From assembly GCA_038882955.1 (NCBI GenBank), contig JAVZNC010000002.1, positions 32,001 to 96,000 on the forward strand: a DNA stretch of 64,000 bases, given 5' to 3'. This stretch comes from Candidatus Bathyarchaeia archaeon (GTDB lineage Archaea > Thermoproteota > Bathyarchaeia > Bathyarchaeales > Bathycorpusculaceae). The position numbers and the translations under genes were made by a program. Of the stretch, positions 19,520-30,044 are shown piece after piece (within the stretch, counting starts at the first letter, position 1; each line of letters opens with the position of its first letter). The notes under the pieces were generated by a model, which was not told the DNA's origin, did not search any database, and saw nothing but the letters and a program-made list of their open reading frames with translations.

Positions 19520-20440
19520 ATGGTTTGCGTAATAGAATGCGTACCCAACTTCAGCACTTCCAACCCGAAAGTTGTTGAGTCAATAATTAATGAAATTAGG
19601 AATACTCCGAAAGCTTTCCTTTTGGACTACACGTTTGACGATTATTACAATAGACTTGTGGTTTCTTTTGTTGGCGACAAGAAATCCGTGCTTGAAGCCG
19701 CCCTAAAAGCTTCTTTCAAAGCAATAGAGCTTATCGACATGCGTCAGCATAAAGGGCAGCATCCGCGGATTGGCGCTGTGGACGTTGTTCCATTCATACC
19801 ATTAAGAAACGCCATGATGGAAGATTGCGTTAAGCTTGCAAGGGAATTTGGTGAAACGCTCGCAAAAAAGTGCAACGTGCCCGTCTATCTTTATGGCGAA
19901 GCGGCAACAAGCATCGAAAGAAAGGATTTGGACTGGATTCGTGAAGGCGAGTATGAACGGCTCGCAGAAATGATTGCCAAGCCCGAGCGGAAACCAGATT
20001 TTGGTCCAGCATCACCACATCCAACGGCTGGTGCTACGATTACTGGTGCGCGGAAGGTTATGGCTGGGTTTAACGTTAACCTAGGCACTTCAGACTTGAG
20101 CATCGCCAAAAAGATTGCCAAGGCTTTACATGCGAAGAAGGGTGGCTTTTCAACTGTTAAGGCTATGGCTGCCCACATTCCAGAAAAGAATATTACACAG
20201 ATTGGGATGAGCATATCCGATTTTGAGAGAACCCCCCTTTACCGCGTTTTCGAAATGATTCGAGTTGAGTGTGAACGCTATAATGTTCCAATAGTTGGCT
20301 CTGAATTTTGCGGCTTGGCTCCCTTAAAGGCGCTTGTTGACGTTGCCGCATACTACCTAAAAATTGACAATTTAACCGAAGATAGGGTTTTGGAAATGGC
20401 GGTTTACAAAGCCATGGAAAAGGGCGGTGCCTTTGAGTAA
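19520..20440 (+). CDS. ftcd: Glutamate formimidoyltransferase
   Basis: IECVPNFS, IDMRQHKGQHPRIGAVDVVPF, PDFGP...HPTAGAT. Confidence 0.93.
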   Translation: MVCVIECVPNFSTSNPKVVESIINEIRNTPKAFLLDYTFDDYYNRLVVSFVGDKKSVLEAALKASFKAIELIDMRQHKGQHPRIGAVDVVPFIPLRNAMMEDCVKLAREFGETLAKKCNVPVYLYGEAATSIERKDLDWIREGEYERLAEMIAKPERKPDFGPASPHPTAGATITGARKVMAGFNVNLGTSDLSIAKKIAKALHAKKGGFSTVKAMAAHIPEKNITQIGMSISDFERTPLYRVFEMIRVECERYNVPIVGSEFCGLAPLKALVDVAAYYLKIDNLTEDRVLEMAVYKAMEKGGAFE

Positions 20441-21752
20441 GAGCATTAAAACTAAAGCTAGAGAAAAAGTTGACTTGCTCATAGTGAATGCCAACGAACT
20501 TGTCACGCTTGCTGGAGGAAACGAGAAGCCCCGCATTGGCAAGCATATGCGAGAGCTAGGAATAATCCACAATGGTGGCTTGGCAATAAAGGACGGAAAG
20601 ATAGCCGCAGTTGGAAAAACTTCTGAAATAACAAAAGCCTTTAGGGCTGAAACAATAATAAGCGCGAATGGAAAAACTGTTTTGCCAGGCTTTGTTGATC
20701 CTCACACGCATCTTGTTTTTGCTGGTTCGCGTGAAGATGAATTTCAGATGCGCGTTGAAGGCGCCTATTACATGGAGATTCTAAGCGCTGGCGGCGGCAT
20801 ACTAAAAACTGTTAGGGAAACACGGAGAGCAAGCATCGACAAGATTGTTGATTTTGGATTGAAAACCCTCGACGTCATGTTAGAGTATGGAACAACTACG
20901 GTTGAAGCCAAAAGTGGTTATGGATTAACCACAAAGGATGAGTTGAAGCTTCTGGAAGCCATAAAACGTCTTGCACAACTGCATTCAGTCGACGTTGTGC
21001 CAACTTTTATGGGCGCACATGCAATCCCCACCGAATACAAGAATGCACCATCAGATTACGTTAACGTCGTTGTTGAGGAGATGATTCCCGCGGTGGCGGA
21101 GAAGAAGCTTGCTGAATTTTGCGATGTCTTTTGCGAGAAAGGCGTTTTCACGTTAGAGCAGAGCAAACGCATCTTGCTAGCAGGAAAAAATTATGGCTTA
21201 AGCCCGAAAATTCATGCCGACGAAATGAGCATGTGCGGCGGAACGGAACTTGCAGCAGAAGTTGAAGCAGTTTCTGCCGAACATTTGCTTTATGCATCTG
21301 ACGAGGGCATTAAAGCCCTTGCAAACAAGGGTGTAATTGCGGTTCTGTTGCCTGCTGCTTCCTTCAGTTTGATGGGTGCGCAGCATGCAGATGCAAGGAA
21401 AATGATTGAAGGTGGGGTTCCAGTTGCTCTTGGAACAGATTTTAACCCGAGTTGCTGGGTGGAAAACATGCAATTAGTAATAGCTTTTGCATGTCATTTT
21501 TTGAGGTTAACTGTAGCAGAAGCCATAACCGCGGCGACGATTAACGCGGCGCACGCCATTAAAAGGGCTCATGAAGTTGGAAGTTTAGAAGCGGGGAAAA
21601 AAGCTGACGTTGTTATTTTGGATGTGCCCAATCACAAGTTTCTCGGCTACCGTTTTGGGGCGAACCTTATTGACAAAGTTATTAAAAATGGGAGACTGGT
21701 TGTTGACAGAGAAAAATGCTATGAACCCGTGATTCCAAGTGAAACCGAATGA
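20427..21752 (+). CDS. hutI: Imidazolonepropionase
   Basis: PGFVDPHTH, GGGILKTV, EAKSGYGL, KIHADE, TDFNP. Confidence 0.95.
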   Translation: MPLSKSIKTKAREKVDLLIVNANELVTLAGGNEKPRIGKHMRELGIIHNGGLAIKDGKIAAVGKTSEITKAFRAETIISANGKTVLPGFVDPHTHLVFAGSREDEFQMRVEGAYYMEILSAGGGILKTVRETRRASIDKIVDFGLKTLDVMLEYGTTTVEAKSGYGLTTKDELKLLEAIKRLAQLHSVDVVPTFMGAHAIPTEYKNAPSDYVNVVVEEMIPAVAEKKLAEFCDVFCEKGVFTLEQSKRILLAGKNYGLSPKIHADEMSMCGGTELAAEVEAVSAEHLLYASDEGIKALANKGVIAVLLPAASFSLMGAQHADARKMIEGGVPVALGTDFNPSCWVENMQLVIAFACHFLRLTVAEAITAATINAAHAIKRAHEVGSLEAGKKADVVILDVPNHKFLGYRFGANLIDKVIKNGRLVVDREKCYEPVIPSETE

Positions 21753-21773
21753 GACAATTAGCAATTGTGCCGT

Positions 21774-22013
21774 TTACTTTTTCAATGCCTTTTTGCCGAA
21801 CGTGAAGATAAGCCATATTACAACGCCGTAGATTATTCCATTGAATATTGCTGACAACAGCGTTTTCACGGCCAACCCACTCCACTCCAATGTGGGGTCT
21901 ATGCCCATAGAATCGCTAATCGAGTTGCCTGGAGGTAGGTCAGCATAAGCAAAGGTTGCAGCCAAGAATATTATGAAAACTATTACGAAAACTATTGCTC
22001 CTTCACCTTTCAT
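21774..22013 (-). CDS. Small two-TM membrane protein
   Basis: 79 aa with two hydrophobic helices; GAGG SD. Confidence 0.6.
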   Translation of the reverse strand: MKGEGAIVFVIVFIIFLAATFAYADLPPGNSISDSMGIDPTLEWSGLAVKTLLSAIFNGIIYGVVIWLIFTFGKKALKK

Positions 22014-22108
22014 TCATTTTCTCCTCATTAACCCACCGTATGATGAAACCTCTTCTAATAAACTTGGTGGTGCAGTAAAAATTATAATTCACTTTTACAT
22101 TCTGGTGC

Positions 22109-23782
22109 ATGGTGAAAACGGTAATGCTGAAAATTGAAAAGCCCGTCAAATGTTTGACTGGTTCTACGCTTCATTGTAAGAACTGGCAAATTGAAGGAAT
22201 TCTCCGCATGCTTTTTAATGTTGTCGACCCCGAGGTGGCGAAAGACCCCGAAAGGCTTATTGTTTATGGTGGAACTGGCAAGGCTGCGCGGAACTGGGAG
22301 TGCTTCGAGAAAATTGTTGAAACTTTAATTGAGCTTGAACCAGATGAAACAATGCTTGTCCAAAGTGGTAAACCAGTTGCAGTTTTTAAAACTCACAAGT
22401 GGGCTCCAAGAGCCTTAATCGTCAACGCCATGCTTGTGCCAAAATGGGCAACGTGGGACTACTTCTACGAGCTTGAACAGAAAGGCTTAATCATGTTTGG
22501 ACAGATGACCGCTGGCTCTTGGGCATACATTGGAACACAAGGCATATTGCAAGGCACGTATGAAACGCTTGCAGCAGTTGCCAAAGAACATTTTGGCGGT
22601 TCCTTGAAGGGCAGACTTGTTTTAACCGCTGGTTTAGGCGAGATGGGCGGCGCCCAACCCTTGGCTGTCACAATGAACGAGGGCGTTGCTTTGGTTGTTG
22701 AAATTGACAAGAGAGCAATTGAAAGAAGGCTCCGGCATGGATATTTGGAAATGTGGACAGACGATTTGGACGAAGCCGTTAAACTAGCTGTAGAAGCAAA
22801 AAGGGAAGGCTTTCCAAGGAGCATAGGCTTGTTGGGCAACGCGGCAGAAGTGCATTCCGAATTACTGCGAAGAGGCATAATACCAGACGTTTTAACAGAC
22901 CAAACATCCGCCCACGACCCGTTAAACGGCTATTATCCAGCGGGCTTATCCAAGGAAGAAGCGGACGAACTTAGAAAAAATGACCCACAAGAATATTTGC
23001 ACCGCGCAAGCGAGAGCATGCGCCTACAAGTAGAGACAATGGTTAAAATGATGAAAAAAGGCGCCATAACATTCGAGTACGGCAACAACCTCCGCCAACA
23101 AGCATACAACGCTGGCTTCAAAGAAGCATTTACATATCCGGGCTTTGTCCAACGCTATATTAGACCAATGTTCTGCGAGGGAAAGGGGCCGTTCCGTTGG
23201 ACATCGCTTGTTGGAAGTGCTGAAGACATTTACACTCTTGACGACGTTATTTTGGACAAGTTCGCCTATAACAAGGAGTTGTGCCGATGGATAAGAAAAG
23301 CCAAAGAACAAGTTAAGTTTCAAGGCTTGCCCGCAAGGGTTTGCTGGCTTGGCTTCGGCGAGAGGGCGCGCTTCGGCAAAATCATGAATGACATGGTGGC
23401 AAGTGGCAAAATTAGCGGTCCAGTGTGGATTGGACGCGACCACCTAGACGGCGGAAGCGTTGCATCGCCAAACCGCGAAACAGAAGGCATGATGGACGGA
23501 AGCGACGCAATCGCGGACTGGCCAATACTTAACGCTTTAATTAACGCTGTAGGCGGAGCAACATGGGTCAGCGTTCATCACGGCGGAGGCGTAGGTATAG
23601 GCTATAGCATACATGCTGGCATGTGCTTGGTGGCTGACGGCACAAAAGAAGCAGAAAAACGCATAACAACAGTCTTAACAACAGACCCTGGAACAGCTAT
23701 AGTAAGGCATGCGGATGCGGGCTATGAGAAAGCGCAGAAAATAGCTAAAGAAAAGGGCATTAAAATGCCGATGTTAAAGTAG
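22109..23782 (+). CDS. hutU: Urocanate hydratase
   Basis: [52 protein letters not shown]. Confidence 0.97.
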   Translation: MVKTVMLKIEKPVKCLTGSTLHCKNWQIEGILRMLFNVVDPEVAKDPERLIVYGGTGKAARNWECFEKIVETLIELEPDETMLVQSGKPVAVFKTHKWAPRALIVNAMLVPKWATWDYFYELEQKGLIMFGQMTAGSWAYIGTQGILQGTYETLAAVAKEHFGGSLKGRLVLTAGLGEMGGAQPLAVTMNEGVALVVEIDKRAIERRLRHGYLEMWTDDLDEAVKLAVEAKREGFPRSIGLLGNAAEVHSELLRRGIIPDVLTDQTSAHDPLNGYYPAGLSKEEADELRKNDPQEYLHRASESMRLQVETMVKMMKKGAITFEYGNNLRQQAYNAGFKEAFTYPGFVQRYIRPMFCEGKGPFRWTSLVGSAEDIYTLDDVILDKFAYNKELCRWIRKAKEQVKFQGLPARVCWLGFGERARFGKIMNDMVASGKISGPVWIGRDHLDGGSVASPNRETEGMMDGSDAIADWPILNALINAVGGATWVSVHHGGGVGIGYSIHAGMCLVADGTKEAEKRITTVLTTDPGTAIVRHADAGYEKAQKIAKEKGIKMPMLK

Positions 23783-24037
23783 ACTGTATGCCGCTTTCGC
23801 CAGTAAAACTATAATCGCGGTTATTGCAGTCCAGAACAAAAAGTCAAGGAGAAACTCGTAGTACAAGATTTTTTCGCCTACAAACGCGTCGCTTATCCGC
23901 CAAATCATTGGGAATCCGTAATACTTGTTTTCCGGGATAATCACGCCGCTTGGCGTGTTTTCGACAAAGCCAGTAAATGATGTTATGCAAACGCCGATTG
24001 TTACGGCTAAAACCAAGATTCGCCAATTAACCTTCAA
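23774..24037 (-). CDS. Small two-TM membrane protein
   Basis: 87 aa; TM - YYGFP loop - TM. Confidence 0.55.
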   Translation of the reverse strand: MKVNWRILVLAVTIGVCITSFTGFVENTPSGVIIPENKYYGFPMIWRISDAFVGEKILYYEFLLDFLFWTAITAIIVLLAKAAYSLL

Positions 24038-24149
24038 ATATTCTTCACTTTAATAAAAACTTGAAAGCATAGCATAAAACTTTTTAGTAAAAAACCAAGT
24101 TGTGAAACCTATTGTGACAGAAAAATTGTGGAGAAATGAAATGGAGGCT

Positions 24150-25799
24150 TTAGTCTTCGCCGAACTCTGAAGGTTCTTTGGATGGCTTCTTTCCTTCCTT
24201 CTCCTTCTCCATGCCCTTGGCAGCAATCAAATCGTCGATCTTCAGTATCATGTTGGCGGCTTCGGTTGCTGACTTAATAACTTGCTGTTTAACCCTTAAC
24301 GGTTCAACAATGTTTAGTTCCAGCATGTCCCTGATTTTTCCAGAGAAAACGTCAACGCCGTATGATGGGCTTGCAGCGCTTTCATGTTTGGCTCTTAATG
24401 CCACCATTATGTCGATTGGGTCCAATCCAGCATTTTCCGCCAATATCAACGGAATGGATTCGACAGCGTCCGCGAACGCCTCTATAGCTAGTTGTTCTCT
24501 TCCGCCCACTTTAACAGCGTAATCTCTAAGCTTTTTGGCGACCTCTGCTTCTGGCGCGCCGCCGCCTGGAACTATTTTGCCGTCTTCGATGGCGTTTCTT
24601 ACAACACAAAGTGCGTCGTGGAGTGAACGTTCGGCTTCGTCTATAACGTGTTCTGTTCCGCCTCTGATGACTATGGTTACAGCCTTTGGATTCTTGCATT
24701 CACGCACATATACAAGCTTGTCTTCGCCGATTTTAACTTCCTCGACGGTTTTTGCTTCTCCAAGCATGTCAGATGTTAACTCCTTGACGCTTGCAACGAT
24801 TTTTCCGCCAGTGGCTTTGGATAGTTTCTCCATGTCGCTGCTGCTCACGTTCTTAACGGCTAAAATGCCTCGTTTTGCCAAGAAGTGCAATGCAACATCA
24901 TCAATGCCTTTTTCGCAGAATACTACGTTGGCGCCTGCCTCTGCAATTTTGTCAACCATCTCTTTGAGCATGCGCTCTTCTTCGTCCAAGAAAAGCTTCA
25001 TCTGCTCTGGAGTTTCGATGTTTATTTTTGCGTCGAACTCTGTCTTCTCAATTTCTAGTTTCGCGTTTAGCAAAGCAATTTTCGCATTATTAACAATCTT
25101 GGGCATCTGCGGATGCGCAACTTCCTTGTCGATGACCATGCCCTTGACAAGTTCAGTTTCATCCAAGCTTTTTCCATGCTTCTTTAGAACCTTTATTAGG
25201 TCAATGTCCGCTTTTATCTTTCCATCTTTCTCTTCTGCAACTTGTTTGACGGCTTCAACCGCAAGCCTTGCAAAGTGTTCTTTCGCAACTGTTATTCCTT
25301 TGCTTCCCATCGATGTCACTGCAACATCCATCAAACGCTTTTCGTCGTTAATGCTCACTGGAATTGCCATTTTCTCTAGGATTTCCTGCGCTTTTTCGCT
25401 TGCCTTCTTGTAGCCGTCAATAATTACTGTTGGATGAATGTTCTGGTCGAGAAGGTTTTCAGCCTTTGAAAGCAATTCGCCAGCCAAAACCACCGCTGTT
25501 GTTGTTCCGTCGCCAACCTCGTTGTCCTGTGCCTTGGCTACCTCGACAAGCATTTTTGCTGCTGGATGTTGCACGTCAAGCTCCTTCATTATTGTTGCGC
25601 CGTCGTTTGTTATTGACACGTCGCCGAAGCTGCTGACAAGCATCTTGTCCATTCCACGCGGTCCAAGCGTGGTTTTTATGGTTTCAGCTATTATTTTTGC
25701 AGCTGTAATGTTGTTTCTTTGGGCTTCTCTTCCACTTGTTCTGCTTGTTCCTTCCTTCAATATTAAAACTGGAACTGTTCCAGAAGGGGCAACAGCCAT
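24150..25799 (-). CDS. ths: Thermosome (group II chaperonin) subunit, second paralog
   Basis: [27 protein letters not shown]; GGAGGTGA SD. Confidence 0.97.
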   Translation of the reverse strand: MAVAPSGTVPVLILKEGTSRTSGREAQRNNITAAKIIAETIKTTLGPRGMDKMLVSSFGDVSITNDGATIMKELDVQHPAAKMLVEVAKAQDNEVGDGTTTAVVLAGELLSKAENLLDQNIHPTVIIDGYKKASEKAQEILEKMAIPVSINDEKRLMDVAVTSMGSKGITVAKEHFARLAVEAVKQVAEEKDGKIKADIDLIKVLKKHGKSLDETELVKGMVIDKEVAHPQMPKIVNNAKIALLNAKLEIEKTEFDAKINIETPEQMKLFLDEEERMLKEMVDKIAEAGANVVFCEKGIDDVALHFLAKRGILAVKNVSSSDMEKLSKATGGKIVASVKELTSDMLGEAKTVEEVKIGEDKLVYVRECKNPKAVTIVIRGGTEHVIDEAERSLHDALCVVRNAIEDGKIVPGGGAPEAEVAKKLRDYAVKVGGREQLAIEAFADAVESIPLILAENAGLDPIDIMVALRAKHESAASPSYGVDVFSGKIRDMLELNIVEPLRVKQQVIKSATEAANMILKIDDLIAAKGMEKEKEGKKPSKEPSEFGED

Positions 25800-25908
25800 T
25801 ACTCATCACCTCCACACTTCTAGGTGTGATAGGTGAGTTAGCAAGCAAAATTTTAGACGGAAGACGCTTCTATATAAACATTTCTAGGCGTGATTCTGGC
25901 AGCCAAAC

Positions 25909-26967
25909 TTAAGCCTTAACAATTCTGTATCCAGCAGCCTTGCGAAGCCTATTCATAACAGCCAAACCAAGTCCTTGAGACGGCACACCTTCTGCAATTA
26001 TAATGTCAACCTTTTCCATGTCAAACTCCCTCAAAAGCCTAAACAGGTTTTTGGCGATTATCGCTAAGTCGCTTCTGCTTCCCAGAGATTTTACAATGTA
26101 ACCTTCATAATGGGCAGCTGTTTCGTCTGTCGCAAGGATGCCAACCCTCAAACCCTCTTTTGCGTATTGTTCCGCCAGCTCTCTCGCTTTCTTTACAATC
26201 GCTTGAGCTTCTCCCTCAACAACAATAACTTCGGCTTTGGGCGCATAATGCTTGTGTTTGACGCCTGGCGAGCGGGCTTTCTCGACTGGCACTTCCCTAT
26301 CCGCAACTGCAACTGGATGAATCGCCACTTTTCCGAGAACTTCCTTCAATTCTTCGTATGGTGTTCCCCCTGGACGGAGAACCTGCGGAGGGTCGCTTGT
26401 CAAATCCAGAACTGTTGATTCCACACCAATGTTTGTTGGTCCAGCATCCAAAACTGCGTCTATTCTCCCATTTAAATCTTCTAGGACATGTTCGGCGCTT
26501 GTTGGACTTGGCTTTCCAGCAAGGTTTGCGCTTGGGGCCGCTATTGGGCAGCCGCTTTCCCTAAGCAAAGCCAAAGCCACATTGTGTCGTGGCATTCGAA
26601 TCGCTATAGTGTCCAATCCAGCCACGGTTACGCTTGGAACAATTTCTGAACGCTTAAAAATTAGCGTTAATGGTCCAGGCCAAAACCTTTCCATTAGCTT
26701 TTCAGCTTTTTGTGGAACATATCGCGTCAATTTGTAGACTTCCCCGATTTTTCCAACATGAACTATCGGTGGGTTGTCCAACGGTCTTCTTTTTGCTTCG
26801 AATAGGGCTAGAACCGCTGTTGGGTTTAGCGCATCTGCCCCCAAGCCGTAGACAGTTTCGGTTGGAAAGGCAACCAAGCCGCCTTTCTTGATGAAGTCTG
26901 CTGCTATGCGTATTTTTTCTGGTTCTGGACTTTGTGAATCAACTTTTAGTACTAATGTTTGCTTCAC
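25909..26967 (-). CDS. sua5: L-threonylcarbamoyladenylate synthase Sua5
   Basis: VAFPTETVYGLGA, AKRRPLDNP, APSAN, C-terminal SUA5 domain (HYAP, AVMNRLRKAA). Confidence 0.95.
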   Translation of the reverse strand: MKQTLVLKVDSQSPEPEKIRIAADFIKKGGLVAFPTETVYGLGADALNPTAVLALFEAKRRPLDNPPIVHVGKIGEVYKLTRYVPQKAEKLMERFWPGPLTLIFKRSEIVPSVTVAGLDTIAIRMPRHNVALALLRESGCPIAAPSANLAGKPSPTSAEHVLEDLNGRIDAVLDAGPTNIGVESTVLDLTSDPPQVLRPGGTPYEELKEVLGKVAIHPVAVADREVPVEKARSPGVKHKHYAPKAEVIVVEGEAQAIVKKARELAEQYAKEGLRVGILATDETAAHYEGYIVKSLGSRSDLAIIAKNLFRLLREFDMEKVDIIIAEGVPSQGLGLAVMNRLRKAAGYRIVKA

Positions 26968-27032
26968 GTTTGCCCCAAATTAATGCGGTTTGGGAGGCAT
27001 TTAAGCTTCTTGCGTCAAAACAAAAGGCGAAG

Positions 27033-27560
27033 TTATACAACGTAATAGTCTATGACTTTTTTGATGCTTTTTGGAGGGGCTTGTCTTGCGGCGAGCTGTT
27101 TAAGTATTTTTATCATTTGAGGTTGGAAACGCGCTATGTCAGTTAAAGAGACTAAACCCACTAGACGTTTTCCTTCGACAACAGGCAGCTTCTTAATTTT
27201 CATTTGAAACATTAGTCTCACGGCTTCTTCCAAGTCCATGTTTGGCTCAACAACAACCAGCGGGCTTGACATAATATCCTTAACTTTTGTTTTGCTTGCG
27301 TCTCTTGCTTCTGCAACAACCCTTTTCAGAAGGTCTCTTTCGGTTATTATACCCATGGCTTTCCCTTTCCTAACAGCAATTAAGCAGCCGATTTCAAATT
27401 TGTTCATTATTTCTGCAGCCTCTTTAACCGTGGCGTTCTCGTCTATCGTTATGACTTCTTTTATCATTACGTCGCTGACTTTTAACGTAAGCCCGCTTTC
27501 CTCTTCCGTTTCTTCAGACAACAAACCACCAGCTTCCTCTATCTCTTCTGTAGAAGTCAC
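27033..27560 (-). CDS. CBS-pair protein (start uncertain)
   Basis: Two CBS repeats (GIITERD; KKLPVV...GLVSLTDI). Confidence 0.88.
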   Translation of the reverse strand: MTSTEEIEEAGGLLSEETEEESGLTLKVSDVMIKEVITIDENATVKEAAEIMNKFEIGCLIAVRKGKAMGIITERDLLKRVVAEARDASKTKVKDIMSSPLVVVEPNMDLEEAVRLMFQMKIKKLPVVEGKRLVGLVSLTDIARFQPQMIKILKQLAARQAPPKSIKKVIDYYVV

Positions 27561-27584
27561 ATATATAAAATGGTGTGCGACTTT

Positions 27585-28931
27585 CTACTTCACCGTTTTT
27601 AACAGCTTTTCTAACAGCTTTTCGACGCTTTTACTTGTTGGTATTTTTGCTCTTTCAAACTTTTCTTTAGGCTTATTGAACGGCCTTGTGGCGTCGATAC
27701 CCATTTTAGTCGTTAACCCAGTTTCTTGGTCTGCGGATGAATCCAAGGTGGAGCCGCGCGCGTTGCTTATGACAATTAGGTCTTCGGATGCTTGAAAGCG
27801 TGTTGCAATGGCCCATTCAACATCGCTAACGTCAAAGACGTTTATGTCTGAATCCACAACAATAGCGTGTTTTAGGCTTGGATGCGCTGCAAAAGCGGCT
27901 AACAAAGCGTTTTTGCCGTCTCCATCAAGCTGTTTTTCGATGGATATAATTGCGTGAAGCCATCCGCTTCCGCCTTGCGAGAGGTTTACCGCGCAAACTT
28001 TTGGCACAACCTTTGAAACAGCCTCCCAAATGAGCACCTCGTGTGGCAGACCCATCAAAATTTTGTGTTCAGCCCCGGAAGGCAGAAGAGCTTGGTAAAT
28101 ATAGTCCTTTCTGTGCATTGCACCAATTATTTCAACGATGGGCTGTTTTCGCTGTATGTCATACGTCCCAGTTATGTCAACAAATGGTCCCTCTGCGACC
28201 TCTTTTGTTGTGGAAATTATGCCTTCAAGAACAAGCTCCGCGTCTGCGGGTGCATACGCGTCAACATGCTCGCATTGCGTTAGGCGAAGCTTGCCATCCA
28301 TAAGCGTATTTGCTACCCCGAACTCGCTGACGCCGAACGGTAAAGGCGAAGAAGCTGCCAGCATGACCGCTGGATGTACGCCAACAGAGATTGAAACTTC
28401 CAAGTCTTTATTTGCCTCTTTTGCCATTTGCCAAAGCTTAAAAAGATGCCTAGGAACCAAACGAATAGCCACATGATTCTTATCCAAAACTTGAAGTCTA
28501 TGCACAGAAACATTTTCAATTGTACCGTCAACACTTTTTGCATAAACAACTGCCGAAGTAAAATATGAACCAGCATCCTTTTCGAAATGAGTTAAAACGG
28601 GAATGCTTGACAAATCCTTTTCCGCAACCTCTTTTACTGGACCTTCTGAAACTATTTTCGGCTTTTTTGGCGAAAGCCAAGCGCTAGCCAAATGTGAATA
28701 AAGTTTTTCTTGGTTGATGCCAAGCGCTTTACAAATTCTTTCTCTTTTCCCGCAAACGTTTGCAACAACTTTCGCCTTATAATTCTTGACCCTTTCAAAG
28801 AGAAGGATTGGACCTTGATTGTCAAACTGATTCATCACGTAGGAGATTTCAAACTTTGTTGAAACCTCGTCCTTTACATGCAAAATTTCCTTTTCATTTT
28901 CCATTTTTTCCAGAAAATCTCTGAGACTCAT
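27585..28931 (-). CDS. UbiD-family prFMN decarboxylase (possibly anhydromevalonate phosphate decarboxylase)
   Basis: PADAELVLEG, EGPFVDITGTY, VDSDINVFD...WAIATRF, KMGIDAT. Confidence 0.9.
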   Translation of the reverse strand: MSLRDFLEKMENEKEILHVKDEVSTKFEISYVMNQFDNQGPILLFERVKNYKAKVVANVCGKRERICKALGINQEKLYSHLASAWLSPKKPKIVSEGPVKEVAEKDLSSIPVLTHFEKDAGSYFTSAVVYAKSVDGTIENVSVHRLQVLDKNHVAIRLVPRHLFKLWQMAKEANKDLEVSISVGVHPAVMLAASSPLPFGVSEFGVANTLMDGKLRLTQCEHVDAYAPADAELVLEGIISTTKEVAEGPFVDITGTYDIQRKQPIVEIIGAMHRKDYIYQALLPSGAEHKILMGLPHEVLIWEAVSKVVPKVCAVNLSQGGSGWLHAIISIEKQLDGDGKNALLAAFAAHPSLKHAIVVDSDINVFDVSDVEWAIATRFQASEDLIVISNARGSTLDSSADQETGLTTKMGIDATRPFNKPKEKFERAKIPTSKSVEKLLEKLLKTVK

Positions 28932-29299
28932 GCTGTTGTTCCCTCTTTTTCGGATGTTTGATAAGTGACCTTTTCGATTAGGCGCATAAAAATTGACTGT
29001 GCTTGCATTTCGCTGAGTGTTTCCAAGTAAACCGAAACAAGTGCTATCTTCTTCTTTCTCGAAGCCATATACTCTGCGAACATGCGGGCTGAAATCGCAT
29101 TTTTGTCGCCTAGAAGGATGGATGAGGAAACCGGTCCTGGGATGTCTCCAGTTTTCGGAACTGCCACAGCGAGCGTTCCAAGTTTATCTTCTCTTTCGCT
29201 TAATAGGATTAGACACGCGTTTTTTGTCTCCATGTATATAGCCAAAAAATGCATGTTCTGCTCAACAATCTCTTCTTTTACGACTTTTGCGCGTTCCAT
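28928..29299 (-). CDS. Hypothetical protein (possible PAC4-like fold)
   Basis: Coupled to the UbiD gene by ATGA overlap; LGTLAVAVP...SSILLG pattern. Confidence 0.55.
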   Translation of the reverse strand: MERAKVVKEEIVEQNMHFLAIYMETKNACLILLSEREDKLGTLAVAVPKTGDIPGPVSSSILLGDKNAISARMFAEYMASRKKKIALVSVYLETLSEMQAQSIFMRLIEKVTYQTSEKEGTTA

Positions 29300-29373
29300 G
29301 CGGCTTGTTCTCCGTTGCTTATTTATAGCTTTATGATTCACTATTTATTATTTTCAAATGTTGGGACAAGCAC

Positions 29374-30036
29374 ATGACCAAAGAGAGAGCTGAAAAGATA
29401 CTCCAAATTCTGCGTAAATCGTTCACAAAGCCAAAGTGGGTTTCTTCGCGGAGCGACCCCTTTGAAACGTTGATTATAACGATAATTTCACAGAATACTG
29501 CTGATAGAAACACTGCTAGGGCTTTCGAAAACCTTTCGAAGCATTTTCAGATAAAGCCCGAAGTTTTGGCGAAGGCTGAAACACGGCAAATTGAAGAATA
29601 TCTAAAAGTGGCTGGTTTGTATAGGAACAAAGCCAAGACAATAAAAAACGTGTCAAAAATAATATCTGAAAAATTTCACGGCGACATGAACCAAATATTA
29701 TCACTGCCACTAGCAGAAGCACGCAAAACACTTTTGCAACTCCCAGGGGTTGGACCTAAAACGGCGGATGTTGTTCTTCTTTTCTGTTCGAAAAAGCCTA
29801 CAATACCAGTTGACACGCACGTTAACCGCGTTGCAAGAAGACTTGGTTTAGCCCCTCAGGTTGGCGACTACGAGGTTGTGCGCGAATCTCTGCAGTCGCT
29901 TTATGACTCGAAAGATTATTTGGATGTGCACGTTTTGTTTATTTTGCTTGGAAGGAAGTATTGTAAGGCAAGACAACCGTTGTGTGCAGAGTGTGTGCTG
30001 GACGCCCTCTGTCCGAAAATTTTTGAAAAACGTTAA
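29374..30036 (+). CDS. nth: Endonuclease III
   Basis: HhH motif LPGVGPKTA, PVDTHV, Fe-S motif CKARQPLCAECVLDALCP. Confidence 0.93.
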   Translation: MTKERAEKILQILRKSFTKPKWVSSRSDPFETLIITIISQNTADRNTARAFENLSKHFQIKPEVLAKAETRQIEEYLKVAGLYRNKAKTIKNVSKIISEKFHGDMNQILSLPLAEARKTLLQLPGVGPKTADVVLLFCSKKPTIPVDTHVNRVARRLGLAPQVGDYEVVRESLQSLYDSKDYLDVHVLFILLGRKYCKARQPLCAECVLDALCPKIFEKR

Positions 30037-30044
30037 CCGCGTTT

